Below are positions 26,207-35,616 of a stretch of 64,000 nt of DNA, piece after piece; the stretch's first letter is position 1, and each line of letters starts with the position of its first letter. The translations under genes were made by a program, and so were the position numbers. The notes beneath the pieces were generated by a model, which was given only the letters and a program-made list of their open reading frames with translations, made no database searches and had not been told where the DNA came from. The stretch comes from Candidatus Azotimanducaceae bacterium (GTDB taxonomy: Bacteria > Pseudomonadota > Gammaproteobacteria > Pseudomonadales > Azotimanducaceae): the NCBI GenBank assembly GCA_965220235.1, contig CBDCPL010000001.1, positions 70 to 64,069 on the forward strand, read 5' to 3'.

Positions 26207-27690
26207 TAGCGGATTACTCCCTGATTGAATCCTGCTCCTGCCTCGTCGAAGCCGAATCGTTCGGAACTGTCGATCTGAAAATCAACGCCAGCAGGTTTCG
26301 GTAGCGCGAAAGCATCGTGAGCGATTTGTATCTGGACGTAGAGAGGACTGACGACCTGCACGGTCATATCGTAATTATCCCGTATCTGTGCATTGACATC
26401 GAAATAATCAACCGCCTGACGCAGCGCCCGAATACTCGGCTGGTTGTAGGAGGCAACGATCTTCGATTTGATCAATTTTCGGAACAGGATGTCGTCAATC
26501 GGCAGTAATGGCTCACGATCCGCTACATCTCGGATCCGCTGCTGGTTGAATTGCGCGCCAGCATCATCGAAGCCAAAGGTCGCGCTGTACGTGGACGCAC
26601 GCACGGTCGGACGCACTATATTGAGTCGACTCGCCAAGCGATCCAGCCAGACTCCCTCAGCATGATCCACGTCTAGCGAGCGATGCAGATAGTTGATCGA
26701 ATCCGTGACCTCTTGATCAAAATACGCCAAAAACATACCGATCAGGGCTTGCAGATTTGGCGCGTTCTCCCACTGCGAGATAAGCAGTTGCAACTTGTTC
26801 GACGCGAAAGCAGGTATGCTGACAGTCGGAAGTTGCGCGACTTCTTCAATCCCCGTAATGACCTCGACCGATTCGGCAACCGATACGCCTCTTGGCGATC
26901 CTGAATAAGCCGCAAACGAAACATCGATGTCCTCTGGCGGCGGTACTTCGACCGCAACGTTAATGGTCGGTACACCCGCAAGCCAATTCGCATTGACATC
27001 TCGCCTAGTAACGATGTCCTCTTCGACCGAGATAGGCGCACTAGGCGATCCCGCTTGCAACTCCAGACTAACACTTCGGTTAGTAACACGCCGTCCCCTG
27101 ATCCTGACACGCGCGAATGGCGTACCAGCGACTGCTTCGACAGGGACATCTCTGGAAACGGCGAGTAGCGTGAAGTCAGTACTAGGCGATCCCGCTTGCA
27201 CTTCGATTGGGACATCAACAAGCGTTATTCCGCCATCGTCCAATATGAGCGTGGCACTAGCACCCGCCCTAGCCGCAGCGACTGTGGCATTGCGGAATGT
27301 GGATATTAGTGTTGCTTCATCGAGCGTCCAAATGTAGTTATCCGCGTCATCTGCAACGAAGTCAGCAGCATTAAATTGCTGACCACCGAAGGTTATCTTC
27401 CAGTTGCCTTCAAACTGTGCGGATAAATCCATTCGCTGCGAGTAGCCAGCGGTAGGGGACGGGCCAAAATCGAGCTGAAATCTGCTATTACCAGCTGAGC
27501 TACTTCCCGATGAGTCGATCCGCATATAGCGGAGGTACGTGTTGCCCTGACCCGCAGGCAATAGCTCGCTATTGATCTGGGTGTTGGTGATGTCCCAAGC
27601 AACGAAAAGGTATCTATTTGGACCCGGTGAGCCTTGACTGGGGACAACGGCAGTGCTAGGACTGCCTATGGTGATTGTTTGAGTTGCCAC
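26206..27690 (-). CDS. Baseplate/tail-fibre protein with a DUF2612-like C-terminal domain
   Basis: LISQWENAPNLQALIGMFLAYFDQEV...VDHAEGVWLDRLASRLNIVRP. Confidence 0.5.
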   Translation of the reverse strand: MATQTITIGSPSTAVVPSQGSPGPNRYLFVAWDITNTQINSELLPAGQGNTYLRYMRIDSSGSSSAGNSRFQLDFGPSPTAGYSQRMDLSAQFEGNWKITFGGQQFNAADFVADDADNYIWTLDEATLISTFRNATVAAARAGASATLILDDGGITLVDVPIEVQAGSPSTDFTLLAVSRDVPVEAVAGTPFARVRIRGRRVTNRSVSLELQAGSPSAPISVEEDIVTRRDVNANWLAGVPTINVAVEVPPPEDIDVSFAAYSGSPRGVSVAESVEVITGIEEVAQLPTVSIPAFASNKLQLLISQWENAPNLQALIGMFLAYFDQEVTDSINYLHRSLDVDHAEGVWLDRLASRLNIVRPTVRASTYSATFGFDDAGAQFNQQRIRDVADREPLLPIDDILFRKLIKSKIVASYNQPSIRALRQAVDYFDVNAQIRDNYDMTVQVVSPLYVQIQIAHDAFALPKPAGVDFQIDSSERFGFDEAGAGFNQGVIR

Positions 27691-27700
27691 TCAGCAACTC

Positions 27701-28057
27701 CTAGCTAGGATCGGCTTCGGTGGTGAAAGTCCAGCTAGAATTGGAAATTTGAGAGTAGCCAGTGTCAGAGACTACGGTAGTGGCATTGGTCAGAGCATCA
27801 ATGGCAAAAGCATTGCCGTCCCAATACGCTTTAACGAGAGCGTCCATATGAGCGTCTGTGAGCGCCCCGCTCGGATAAACAATGTCAAATCCATCGTCCG
27901 GAATGCGTAGCCGTTCGCCCGCCCCGACCGCCACAGCAGGATCGAGAGCAATCGTTACGTTGACCGTCCCCCGTGAGAAACGCACATGGGTAATACTGTG
28001 AGCGTTTTCCATGACTCCGAATGACAATACGCCATCGTTTTCGACTCTAATTGCCAT
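27701..28057 (-). CDS. hypothetical protein
   Basis: 118-aa ORF in the late operon. Confidence 0.5.
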   Translation of the reverse strand: MAIRVENDGVLSFGVMENAHSITHVRFSRGTVNVTIALDPAVAVGAGERLRIPDDGFDIVYPSGALTDAHMDALVKAYWDGNAFAIDALTNATTVVSDTGYSQISNSSWTFTTEADPS

Positions 28058-28355
28058 TCGTCTTTGTCTTCCGAGTCCTGCGTTTGATTGGCTGAGGTGG
28101 ATCCTCTGCTTCAGATTCCGCCTCGTCGACTACCTCGACCGATTCTGCCTCTTGGTACTCTTTTATCGGATCACCGTCATCCACGATAGCCTCGACCAGC
28201 AGAGAGTCAATCGACAGCTGGAAGTGATCAGTATCGGATTGTCGCCACGCCAGATACTCCGCTTGATCTATTTCGACACTATGACCTGGCGCGATGTTGG
28301 TCGATATGACTCTTACCAACGAATCGCCCGTATTCGTTATTTTGACTTTGCTCAT
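28047..28355 (-). CDS. hypothetical protein with an acidic C-terminal half
   Basis: 102-aa ORF with no SD. TAAAAT lies 8 nt upstream of the ATG. Confidence 0.5.
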   Translation of the reverse strand: MSKVKITNTGDSLVRVISTNIAPGHSVEIDQAEYLAWRQSDTDHFQLSIDSLLVEAIVDDGDPIKEYQEAESVEVVDEAESEAEDPPQPIKRRTRKTKTNGN

Positions 28356-28363
28356 GTCAGATT

Positions 28364-28369
28364 ATTTTA
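28364..28369 (-). promoter_or_regulatory. TAAAAT box 8 nt upstream of ATG 28355 (candidate leaderless late promoter)
   Basis: The minus strand reads GGTTAAAATAATCTGACATG. Confidence 0.35.
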
Positions 28370-28391
28370 ACCGATTGTTTCATGTGGAACG

Positions 28392-28742
28392 TCACTTCAC
28401 CCAGAACGTGCCTTTGAGTTCTTTACGCTTTTTGGCGATCCGCTTTAACTCCCGCCGCGCCCAGTGCTTGATGCAAAGTCCATCTTGGTACACCGACCAA
28501 CGACACCGCCTTGTCGGATCACCGAACATCGAATCTTTGCACTGCTCGACTGGATCCTCTTGGTAATCCATCACAGGCAGGCGGTTTTCTAGCTCTATCT
28601 GTTCCTCAAATGTCTTCTGCTTTGATCGCAGCTGAACTTTGCGAAGCGGGTTCTGTTGATGCAGTTTGGCGTGGCAAGATAGACACTTGCCACTAATATA
28701 TGACTCGTTCCAGCAACCTCTGGTGATGCACTTCCGCTCCAA
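28392..28742 (-). CDS. Cys-rich (zinc-binding-like) protein; start uncertain
   Basis: It has CxxxxC...CxxC...C...C..C..H cysteines and a TTG start directly after the upstream stop. Confidence 0.45.
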   Translation of the reverse strand: MERKCITRGCWNESYISGKCLSCHAKLHQQNPLRKVQLRSKQKTFEEQIELENRLPVMDYQEDPVEQCKDSMFGDPTRRCRWSVYQDGLCIKHWARRELKRIAKKRKELKGTFWVK

Positions 28743-28744
28743 AA

Positions 28745-30706
28745 TTAAGCAACACTTATACCGTTGGGCAACTTAGCTCGTTCGGCGGCAAGCTGAGCAA
28801 CCTTGTCCCAATCCTGATCATCTAGCGCGTCCGCTAGATCAACTGGAAACACTGCCTTCTTTAATCCACGATGCGCGTCCATCGGGCCAGGATCAACGAT
28901 GTGATCAACGAACTCGCTCTTAGCACCACGATAGGCGTTGTACAAGTTGTAGAAACGCAGATGGTATTGACCGTCGGGGCCTGCTTGCACGGGCACAATA
29001 GAACAATGCAGGTAGCGGTTGTATCGACCATACGGCAACACGCTCTTCCACTTGCGATCATTTTTATCAATATAGGTCGCCCGACCGCGTTGCCACTTCG
29101 CAAATCTCGGCTCGACAGGAACACCACGTCCGCCCTGTGAGGCTTGAGCCCAGATGTCTTGATCTCGCTTTCGACCGCCCTTTTGCGGGTGCAGGTACTG
29201 CACGCATGTCCGCCACGCATCCGCTCCGTTCTTCATGACACTCGGATGTTCCGCAACAAAGACTAGCCATGTAGTGTCGGCAACTGCTCGGCGCGGAAAT
29301 AAAACGACTTCGAGCAATACTGGTGGCGGTGGCACCTTCCCCTCGAGGACAGGTTGGATCGATTTAAGATAGGCAAACAGTTCCTTTTGCTCCTCGACCA
29401 ACTCCAGATACAGCTCCTTTGAGACTAACTCTGGCGGTGTCGCCATCGGATCATCGCCTGTAAGCATGTTGTCAAAATCGTTTTTTTTAGAAATCTCTTC
29501 GAGTGTGACTTCTTGGATCACCGGCACATCTGGCGGTGTTTCGGCAGGCGTGCTTTCCGCCCTTTCCGCCGCTTCGGTAAAAGGCTGTTCTAATTTATCG
29601 AGTGCCTCCGCAATCGGTCGCCAGCCGTGCCATACCTTGACGGATTTCCATGCTTCGCTGGCAGTGAATGCCTCTAATGAGCTGCTCACTTCTTCGCCAA
29701 AAGCAATTAAAACGCGAAGCCAGTTCTCGCCGTAGTTGCGGTCTTTGCGGTGCTTGTTCGCATCGTAGTATCCGTACACGGTATCTATGAGCGATTGAGG
29801 AACTTGGTGGGTGTTATCTTCGTTTTTTTCGAAGTTGGTCACCATTCGCTCGGTCGCAGGTCGACTCGGTGGATCGACCTCATTGGCTAAAGCATCGTAA
29901 ACTGGTTTCCACCCTTGATTTGGCATGATTAGCTCGACTACATCTAACGTCACACCGAACTTTGCGCAGACATCTCGGATTGCTTGCTGGTCTTGGGGAT
30001 CCACTGCGTCTACGGCAGTGGCAAACTCATTACTCAATACTGCGTCATTCGAGGCTACGACTCCGCCCGCGCGTGCCTGCGTCCAATGTCCGTACAACCA
30101 GCCACGATATTGATCGTAGTTGTAGCCTAACTGCGACGCAGCTCTCGACGATTCGCCCTCTTTGACCATCTGGATGAGGTGTTCGTAGACCTTGTTTTTG
30201 ATCGCCACATCCGACATACCATTGACTTCGATCACATACTTGCGCTCTTCTTCAAGCCATTCGATAAAGCCATCTCGGTGTTCGGGGGGAACGACAGGTT
30301 GCTTGAGCGTGTTGCCTTTCTCGTCGACCACGCGTCCGTCCACGTGCGTGCGGGTCGAGGTGTATGACCCACGCCCCATCTTGTCTTTCTCTGCTGGACT
30401 TAGTTGCTCGAACTTGACCCGCCCTTCTGCCTGCGTCTTGGTCATGCGGTATTGCTTGTAGTTCTTCCAGTCCCCCGTGTTCTCCGAAGCCTCAATGCAC
30501 GGTGCAATAGTCAGCCAAGGCTCGCCTCGATTGGCAGCTAACTCCCAAGCCTTATCCGTAGGCAGCGCTTCCACGCCACCGATATTACCGCCAAGAGCTT
30601 TCATGCACCGCTCGAACATGACATACTCAAACGATCCATACGGGTACTTGTTTCGCTGACCCAACAGCGAGTCCAGCAGACTGGATAAATCAGTCGTGTC
30701 AATCAT
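28745..30706 (-). CDS. Large protein of unknown function sharing a motif with 32068..33357
   Basis: 653 aa. YDANKHRKDRNYGENWLRVLIAFG...SEAWKSVKVWHGWRPIAEALDKLE parallels the 442-aa protein. Confidence 0.65.
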   Translation of the reverse strand: MIDTTDLSSLLDSLLGQRNKYPYGSFEYVMFERCMKALGGNIGGVEALPTDKAWELAANRGEPWLTIAPCIEASENTGDWKNYKQYRMTKTQAEGRVKFEQLSPAEKDKMGRGSYTSTRTHVDGRVVDEKGNTLKQPVVPPEHRDGFIEWLEEERKYVIEVNGMSDVAIKNKVYEHLIQMVKEGESSRAASQLGYNYDQYRGWLYGHWTQARAGGVVASNDAVLSNEFATAVDAVDPQDQQAIRDVCAKFGVTLDVVELIMPNQGWKPVYDALANEVDPPSRPATERMVTNFEKNEDNTHQVPQSLIDTVYGYYDANKHRKDRNYGENWLRVLIAFGEEVSSSLEAFTASEAWKSVKVWHGWRPIAEALDKLEQPFTEAAERAESTPAETPPDVPVIQEVTLEEISKKNDFDNMLTGDDPMATPPELVSKELYLELVEEQKELFAYLKSIQPVLEGKVPPPPVLLEVVLFPRRAVADTTWLVFVAEHPSVMKNGADAWRTCVQYLHPQKGGRKRDQDIWAQASQGGRGVPVEPRFAKWQRGRATYIDKNDRKWKSVLPYGRYNRYLHCSIVPVQAGPDGQYHLRFYNLYNAYRGAKSEFVDHIVDPGPMDAHRGLKKAVFPVDLADALDDQDWDKVAQLAAERAKLPNGISVA

Positions 30707-30931
30707 TTACAACGCTCTCTTTACGCTATATTTGTGCATTGCATCGTTAGCTATTCTGTTGTGCTCGACCAAACGGTTCAGGCATTCTGTCAGCGTTAGG
30801 TTTTCTTCTGCGTACAAGATATTGCATAGCCTGTTTAGCTTCTGACAATTCTCCGCGGTCAACCGATAATCAGTACCCTTCGGGTGATTCCTCTCAGTTC
30901 CAGTTGACATTTGAACTGCTTTCACAATCAT
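30707..30931 (-). CDS. hypothetical protein
   Basis: ATGA overlap with the upstream lipoprotein ORF. Confidence 0.5.
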   Translation of the reverse strand: MIVKAVQMSTGTERNHPKGTDYRLTAENCQKLNRLCNILYAEENLTLTECLNRLVEHNRIANDAMHKYSVKRAL

Positions 30932-31095
30932 TCGTCTTCCACCTGTGCCTTAATGCATCGTACCTTACGCTCGTGGTCGCTGATTTTCAGGCAATGCTCA
31001 ATCGCCGAGACGAACTCCGCTTCCTCTTGCCAGCGCTTGACCGTCGCGCAGCTACTTAGGAGGGCAACGACTACTATTCCAATGACTACTCTCAT
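30928..31095 (-). CDS. Small lipoprotein (55 aa)
   Basis: MRVVIGIVVVALLSSC carries the lipobox LSSC. The ATG at 31095 overlaps the nuclease stop (ATGA). Confidence 0.55.
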   Translation of the reverse strand: MRVVIGIVVVALLSSCATVKRWQEEAEFVSAIEHCLKISDHERKVRCIKAQVEDE

Positions 31096-31682
31096 TCCAT
31101 CTCCATCTCGGTAGATTCGCAACTTTCCAGTACTGCTTCCAAAGCGTCACGCTCTGCCGAGTCGATGGTCAGGGCGTACTTGCGCTTGACTTCGACGATA
31201 CGATTGACGTACCAGCACTCGTTTTCAAATGGCAACCATTCGGCAGCGTCTTTGTCGCACTTGCCCACGCCACGAGTTGCCTCGCGCGGATTACATCGAT
31301 TGACGTTCGGTGCGGCAAGCGTCAGATTGTCCAAATCCGTAGCGAAGTCTCGCTTAACCCAATCATCGTAAGCACACATTCCACTATCGTGTGCCTCGCT
31401 CCGAGCAACAATGTGTTCGATGTCAGTCTTGCGGATCGAGTCAAAATCTCGCTTGGTATAGGGGCCGTAAATTCGCCCGTCCTGCGCCGCAACGATCTTC
31501 TTTTCGACTGCTGGTGTGTAGTGGTAGTCCTTCGCGTTGTATGGCGAGCAGCGGTTCTCAGGTGCCACAACCAGTCCGTTCCAGGTCTCTTCGGCAAATG
31601 TCTTGATCGCCAGTGTGATGGCAACAGCGATGGCAAAAAAAGCAAATGGAACGGCAGCTTTCGTGAGGAGTTCTCGGATCAT
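31092..31682 (-). CDS. Exported His-Me finger nuclease (HNH/DUF1524-type)
   Basis: An N-terminal signal sequence (AVPFAFFAIAVAITLAIKTFA) is followed by RCSPY...TDIEHIVARSEAHDSGMC...DLDNLTLAAPNVNRCNP...AAEWLPFENECWY. Confidence 0.6.
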   Translation of the reverse strand: MIRELLTKAAVPFAFFAIAVAITLAIKTFAEETWNGLVVAPENRCSPYNAKDYHYTPAVEKKIVAAQDGRIYGPYTKRDFDSIRKTDIEHIVARSEAHDSGMCAYDDWVKRDFATDLDNLTLAAPNVNRCNPREATRGVGKCDKDAAEWLPFENECWYVNRIVEVKRKYALTIDSAERDALEAVLESCESTEMEME

Positions 31683-32062
31683 TTTTTACCCTTTGGTGTC
31701 GGTAATGGCTTCTGCCCGGTCTGGAAATACGCGGCAATGAAATACGAATAAGGCATGGCAATCGCCGCAATCATAGCGGCAACATCAAAGCCTTCCGGCG
31801 CGGCTGGAGTCATGCTGTACTCTACCACCTGCCACAACAAAACGAAAAATCCAAGCAGTATCAGGCGGGGGATGATCCGTAGGCGGTCAAGAGCATCGCC
31901 AAGACGATGGTAGAAACGCTTGCCCTGTTCGTCGAGTGCCTCTTCCAGCTCATCAATCTTGGATTCGAGTTCATCTTTCTCAGTCTCGTACTCACGAGCA
32001 ATCGCAAAGATCGCCTCGATGTCGCCCTTCTCTTTCGCGATATTGAGGTCAATAGTAGTCAC
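31679..32062 (-). CDS. Membrane protein (N-terminal coiled coil plus two predicted TM helices)
   Basis: Hydrophobic stretches IIPRLILLGFFVLLWQVV and VAAMIAAIAMPYSYFIAAYF. Confidence 0.55.
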   Translation of the reverse strand: MTTIDLNIAKEKGDIEAIFAIAREYETEKDELESKIDELEEALDEQGKRFYHRLGDALDRLRIIPRLILLGFFVLLWQVVEYSMTPAAPEGFDVAAMIAAIAMPYSYFIAAYFQTGQKPLPTPKGKK

Positions 32063-32067
32063 GCTAA

Positions 32068-33357
32068 CTACTTCCTAAAGCCGACGGTGCCGCACACGTC
32101 CATGCCACCTTCGGGGAATTGGACGATGATTTGCTTTGGCGTAACTTGGAACCCTTCTTTGATCTGTAGCCCGTGCGCTCTTACTCCTGCCAAACTCAAT
32201 ACACGATAATCGTCGCCGGCTTCACAAGCTGGTGTACTTCCTACTGTTTTATGGTACTTACCAAATTCCGGGACAGTGAGAGGTTGAAAGGTTGCATGAT
32301 GAACACGGTGAAAGTCGGCAACTCGCATTTTGTATGAGTAGGCTTTTGAGGAGAAACGAAACCAATCCGGCCCGCCACCACCTTTTGTCAAAAGGCGCAT
32401 ATACCAGTAGTCCTCGCTTTGCCACGCTTCGTCTCCGTCGCGCGTCTGCACGGGGCGGTGGAATGTTGCCCACCAGGTGTTGTTCTCTTTGGTGTACCTG
32501 ACCCAAGTGAGGTCGTCGTCTACTATTTTGAAGGTCGCTAGATCGCCCGCCAGTCGAATGTTTGGATGCGGTATCCCCGCAGAATGAGATATGACTGTCC
32601 CGCCAATCTCGAATTGGCTTGGCGAGATTTCGTCGCCCTCAACGATGTTGTTGTCGACGAGATTAACCCACGAATCAATCGAGTGGTAGATCGTTTTGCC
32701 CTTGCATATCTGCGTATTGCTGTTGTCTTTAATCGCAGGCACAGACCAACAACGATTATCGTCAGTGCCACCAAAACGCATTCGTTTGCTCACCGAATCG
32801 TCTAAGCAGATTTTTCCGCTAAGTGCAACAGGACGGAAGCAGGCTTGGTGTTCGTATGTCAGGTCGAGTCGTAACTGTGCTTGCAAATGATTTTTATTCC
32901 CGCCTTCGTCATACTCTGATAGGTGCGGAGACCTACTCCAAGACTGCTTGATCACGAAATGGTTGCGGACTGATTGGTCTTGTTGTGCGGCGGCTCGTTG
33001 CGGTTCGCCTGTTTGCACTGTTTGAGCGTTCGCTTTTTCAAGTTTCTCTAAGGCGATGCGTATCGGCTTCCAACCGCGCCACACCTTCTCAGACTGCTTC
33101 GCTTCCTCTGCGGTGTAAGCGGTCATTTCACAGGAGGTCTTGCCGACCAAGTTCCAGTCGTCTGCCGTCTTGTCCTCGAACGCTAACAGCACCCTAAACC
33201 AGTTGCAACCGCCATGTGAGCGGTGCTTGTTGATGTTCCAGTAGTGATTGACCTTGTTCACCAGCGGCGCGTCAGGAGTGTAAGCAAAGGTCGTTACGGC
33301 AGATAGGATCAAGAATCCGATAGCCACACTCGCTAGTATCCATTGCAGTTTATTCAT
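32068..33357 (-). CDS. Exported protein with a Calx-beta-like segment and the shared NW(F/L)RVL(L/I)AF motif
   Basis: The ATG at 33357 follows AAGGGGAAG. It has a signal peptide (MNKLQWILASVAIGFLILSAVTTFA), NIVEGDEISPSQFEIGG...FKIVDDD, and NWFRVLLAFEDK...KVWRGWKPIRIALEKLE. Confidence 0.6.
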   Translation of the reverse strand: MNKLQWILASVAIGFLILSAVTTFAYTPDAPLVNKVNHYWNINKHRSHGGCNWFRVLLAFEDKTADDWNLVGKTSCEMTAYTAEEAKQSEKVWRGWKPIRIALEKLEKANAQTVQTGEPQRAAAQQDQSVRNHFVIKQSWSRSPHLSEYDEGGNKNHLQAQLRLDLTYEHQACFRPVALSGKICLDDSVSKRMRFGGTDDNRCWSVPAIKDNSNTQICKGKTIYHSIDSWVNLVDNNIVEGDEISPSQFEIGGTVISHSAGIPHPNIRLAGDLATFKIVDDDLTWVRYTKENNTWWATFHRPVQTRDGDEAWQSEDYWYMRLLTKGGGGPDWFRFSSKAYSYKMRVADFHRVHHATFQPLTVPEFGKYHKTVGSTPACEAGDDYRVLSLAGVRAHGLQIKEGFQVTPKQIIVQFPEGGMDVCGTVGFRK

Positions 33358-33748
33358 TGTCTTGCTTCCCCTTTTGAGCGTCGATCGACTTCTCATAATA
33401 TTCGATTATGGCAGTATTGTCCACCGAATATCTGATCAGCTCTTCAATGGTCTCGGACAGTTGCTCGTAGCCGTCGGCATCGAGGCAGACCAGCGCCACT
33501 CCGTTAAGACGTGGATCGTCCTGCGTGACGACCAAGAAATCAGGTGCAGGTACGGTAACGGGAGTCGGGCGTTCGGGCTGGCGGATCGCAGGGCAATACT
33601 GCTCTGGCACCAAGACCTCTTTGACCTCCGTTTCTGGTTCGGGGAACAGGCTTACGCCGCAACCAGATATAAAAATGAGAGCAGCCGTGCATGTGGAAGA
33701 CACAGCTGCTCTCTCGAGCCAATGTGCGAAGTGGCTTAATAGTCGCAC
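33350..33748 (-). CDS. Outer-membrane spanin-like lipoprotein (o-spanin); start uncertain
   Basis: Lipobox LIFISGC followed by a Pro-rich region. It is the last gene of the lysis cassette. Confidence 0.5.
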   Translation of the reverse strand: MRLLSHFAHWLERAAVSSTCTAALIFISGCGVSLFPEPETEVKEVLVPEQYCPAIRQPERPTPVTVPAPDFLVVTQDDPRLNGVALVCLDADGYEQLSETIEELIRYSVDNTAIIEYYEKSIDAQKGKQDNE

Positions 33749-33770
33749 TAGGATATTGTCAGTAATTGTA

Positions 33771-34151
33771 TCAATCGCATTCGAGGGGATTTTCGATCTC
33801 CTGCCCGCCCGTAGCGTGCGCGATGCGGTTGGCTACTTTATCGGATGCTCGGTTGATGCGGCATTCGCTGTCCACTGGATCGGCTAGCAATCGCTCGTTA
33901 AAGCCTTGAAACGCCCTGCGGTAATGATCTCGCTCGGCGATTGCCTTATCGCGCTCTTCCCGCAGTGTATTCAAATCGGTCAACTGCCGTTCGTAGTGGA
34001 GAGTTGTTTGCTCGATCTTCGCGCTGAGTCCATCGGACAGCAGCTCCTGAGCTGCGATCTCGGCTTGTAGCGATTGAATGTGTCTCTGGGTGAAGTATCC
34101 CGCCCCTGCAATCACAATGAGGAACAGGGCAAGGACTAGAAAAGCCTTCAA
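33771..34151 (-). CDS. Inner-membrane spanin-like protein (i-spanin)
   Basis: N-terminal TM (MKAFLVLALFLIVIAGAGYF) followed by a coiled coil. Confidence 0.5.
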   Translation of the reverse strand: MKAFLVLALFLIVIAGAGYFTQRHIQSLQAEIAAQELLSDGLSAKIEQTTLHYERQLTDLNTLREERDKAIAERDHYRRAFQGFNERLLADPVDSECRINRASDKVANRIAHATGGQEIENPLECD

Positions 34152-34514
34152 TCATTTAAACCAGTCGAAAATATGACTACTGGCGAACATGGCGGTGAGG
34201 AATGCAGTGATCACAACCATGATCACGCGGTCTCGGATCACCTTCTTCACTTCGGTTCGGTCATCCTGCGCCCGTTCGAGATTGTCGAGTCGGTTGTTCA
34301 GTCTTTCTAACTGCACATCAAGACCTGAGTGATCCTGCGTACCTGCCACTGATAGCTCCTTGATGTCCCTTGACATCTCGTTGATGGAGTTGTCGATAGT
34401 GTCTAGCTTACCGTTCATGGATTTCAATTCTGATAACACCTGCAAATTGATCTCCGCACATCTGTCTACGTGTTTTTCTAAGTCCCGCTCAATGCGTTCT
34501 AGTGTCTCTGCCAT
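34152..34514 (-). CDS. Tail-anchored coiled-coil membrane protein (lysis cassette)
   Basis: C-terminal TM VIMVVITAFLTAMFASSHIF. Confidence 0.45.
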   Translation of the reverse strand: MAETLERIERDLEKHVDRCAEINLQVLSELKSMNGKLDTIDNSINEMSRDIKELSVAGTQDHSGLDVQLERLNNRLDNLERAQDDRTEVKKVIRDRVIMVVITAFLTAMFASSHIFDWFK

Positions 34515-35173
34515 TAGGCTGGAACTCCCGCCTTCTTCATAAGGTGATCTGCTAGCTCGATAAAGAACCTAGTCGGTAACGACCAAATACTAGGCGTGAC
34601 ACCGAGCTGAATACCAAGTGCGATCTGCACGCCAATACCAATATCCACATGATCCGGGCCAAAGTCTTTCACCGCCCTGAGAATGCTACTGCGTTTTGCT
34701 TGGATCCCCTTGCTCGCGTATTGACGGCACGTCGCCTCGATGGCTTCCAATCTCGACCCGTCCAATGTGCCGTACCAATAGAAACCGATAGACACGACTC
34801 CAAGTGTGAACGGCAAAACAAAGGGAGCCTTGTGCAGATCTTTCTTGTCCTGCTCACTTGCTTTGCTCAGCAACGGGTGCATGACATCCCGCGTCACCTT
34901 GCACATCTGCGCCGCCAAAGTGAAGCCAGGTTTCACCGCCTCACCAGCTAACTTGGTCAACGCATCGACAATCAGCGATTCGAGTTCTCCACCTATGTCC
35001 TTGATCGCCTTTTTGACCTCGTCAGGCACGGCTTTCTTGACTTCTTTCTCGACCAGTTTGGCTACATCGCCAGCGGTGTCTTTGACCTCTTTGATCGGAT
35101 TAGGGATGCCACCTCCCTTGCCACCTATGCCCGGTATGTGTTTAACGCCCGGAATCTTTTTGAGAAAACTCAT
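34514..35173 (-). CDS. Membrane protein, holin candidate
   Basis: It is coupled (ATGA) to the endolysin stop, has a Lys-rich N-terminus, and has hydrophobic segments FVLPFTLGVVSIGFYWYG and IGIGVQIALGIQLGV. Confidence 0.4.
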   Translation of the reverse strand: MSFLKKIPGVKHIPGIGGKGGGIPNPIKEVKDTAGDVAKLVEKEVKKAVPDEVKKAIKDIGGELESLIVDALTKLAGEAVKPGFTLAAQMCKVTRDVMHPLLSKASEQDKKDLHKAPFVLPFTLGVVSIGFYWYGTLDGSRLEAIEATCRQYASKGIQAKRSSILRAVKDFGPDHVDIGIGVQIALGIQLGVTPSIWSLPTRFFIELADHLMKKAGVPA

Positions 35174-35616
35174 GACTCACATCGCCTCATTCTTCGCGCC
35201 AATCGGACGGCTCTTGCACCGACCTGCTCTGCCCATTTCGAGTCCAGCATTTCCAACGCCATCTCGTCGTAGTCGAGTATCTCCATCGCAGCGAAAAAGT
35301 TGGCGAAGTGACGTAAGCGATAGCCGATATTGAACGCCATATTAACTAGCACACTCTGTGCTTCCTCTGGCAGCATGTCCCAAGAGCCACTTCCTACTTT
35401 TTCGTTAACAATCTCTTCCGCACGCCGTAAAGCAGTCCGATAGTCTTGCTCGAATAGCATGTTCAAAAACGCCTGCTGTCGCCATCGTGGATCGTCTCTT
35501 TTCGGATCGTTAGGTTGCACTGCATGACCCCAGCCAATCGTTACTACACCGACCGAATCCGTATAAAACGACTTGACAAAGCCCTCGTCTTGCTTTATTT
35601 GCTGTCTTTCGTCCAC
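35170..35616 (-). CDS. Endolysin, T4-type lysozyme (GH24)
   Basis: QDEGFVKSFYTDSVGVVTIGWGH...VLVNMAFNIG...SKWAEQVGARAVRLARRM. Confidence 0.8.
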   Translation of the reverse strand: MDERQQIKQDEGFVKSFYTDSVGVVTIGWGHAVQPNDPKRDDPRWRQQAFLNMLFEQDYRTALRRAEEIVNEKVGSGSWDMLPEEAQSVLVNMAFNIGYRLRHFANFFAAMEILDYDEMALEMLDSKWAEQVGARAVRLARRMRRCES

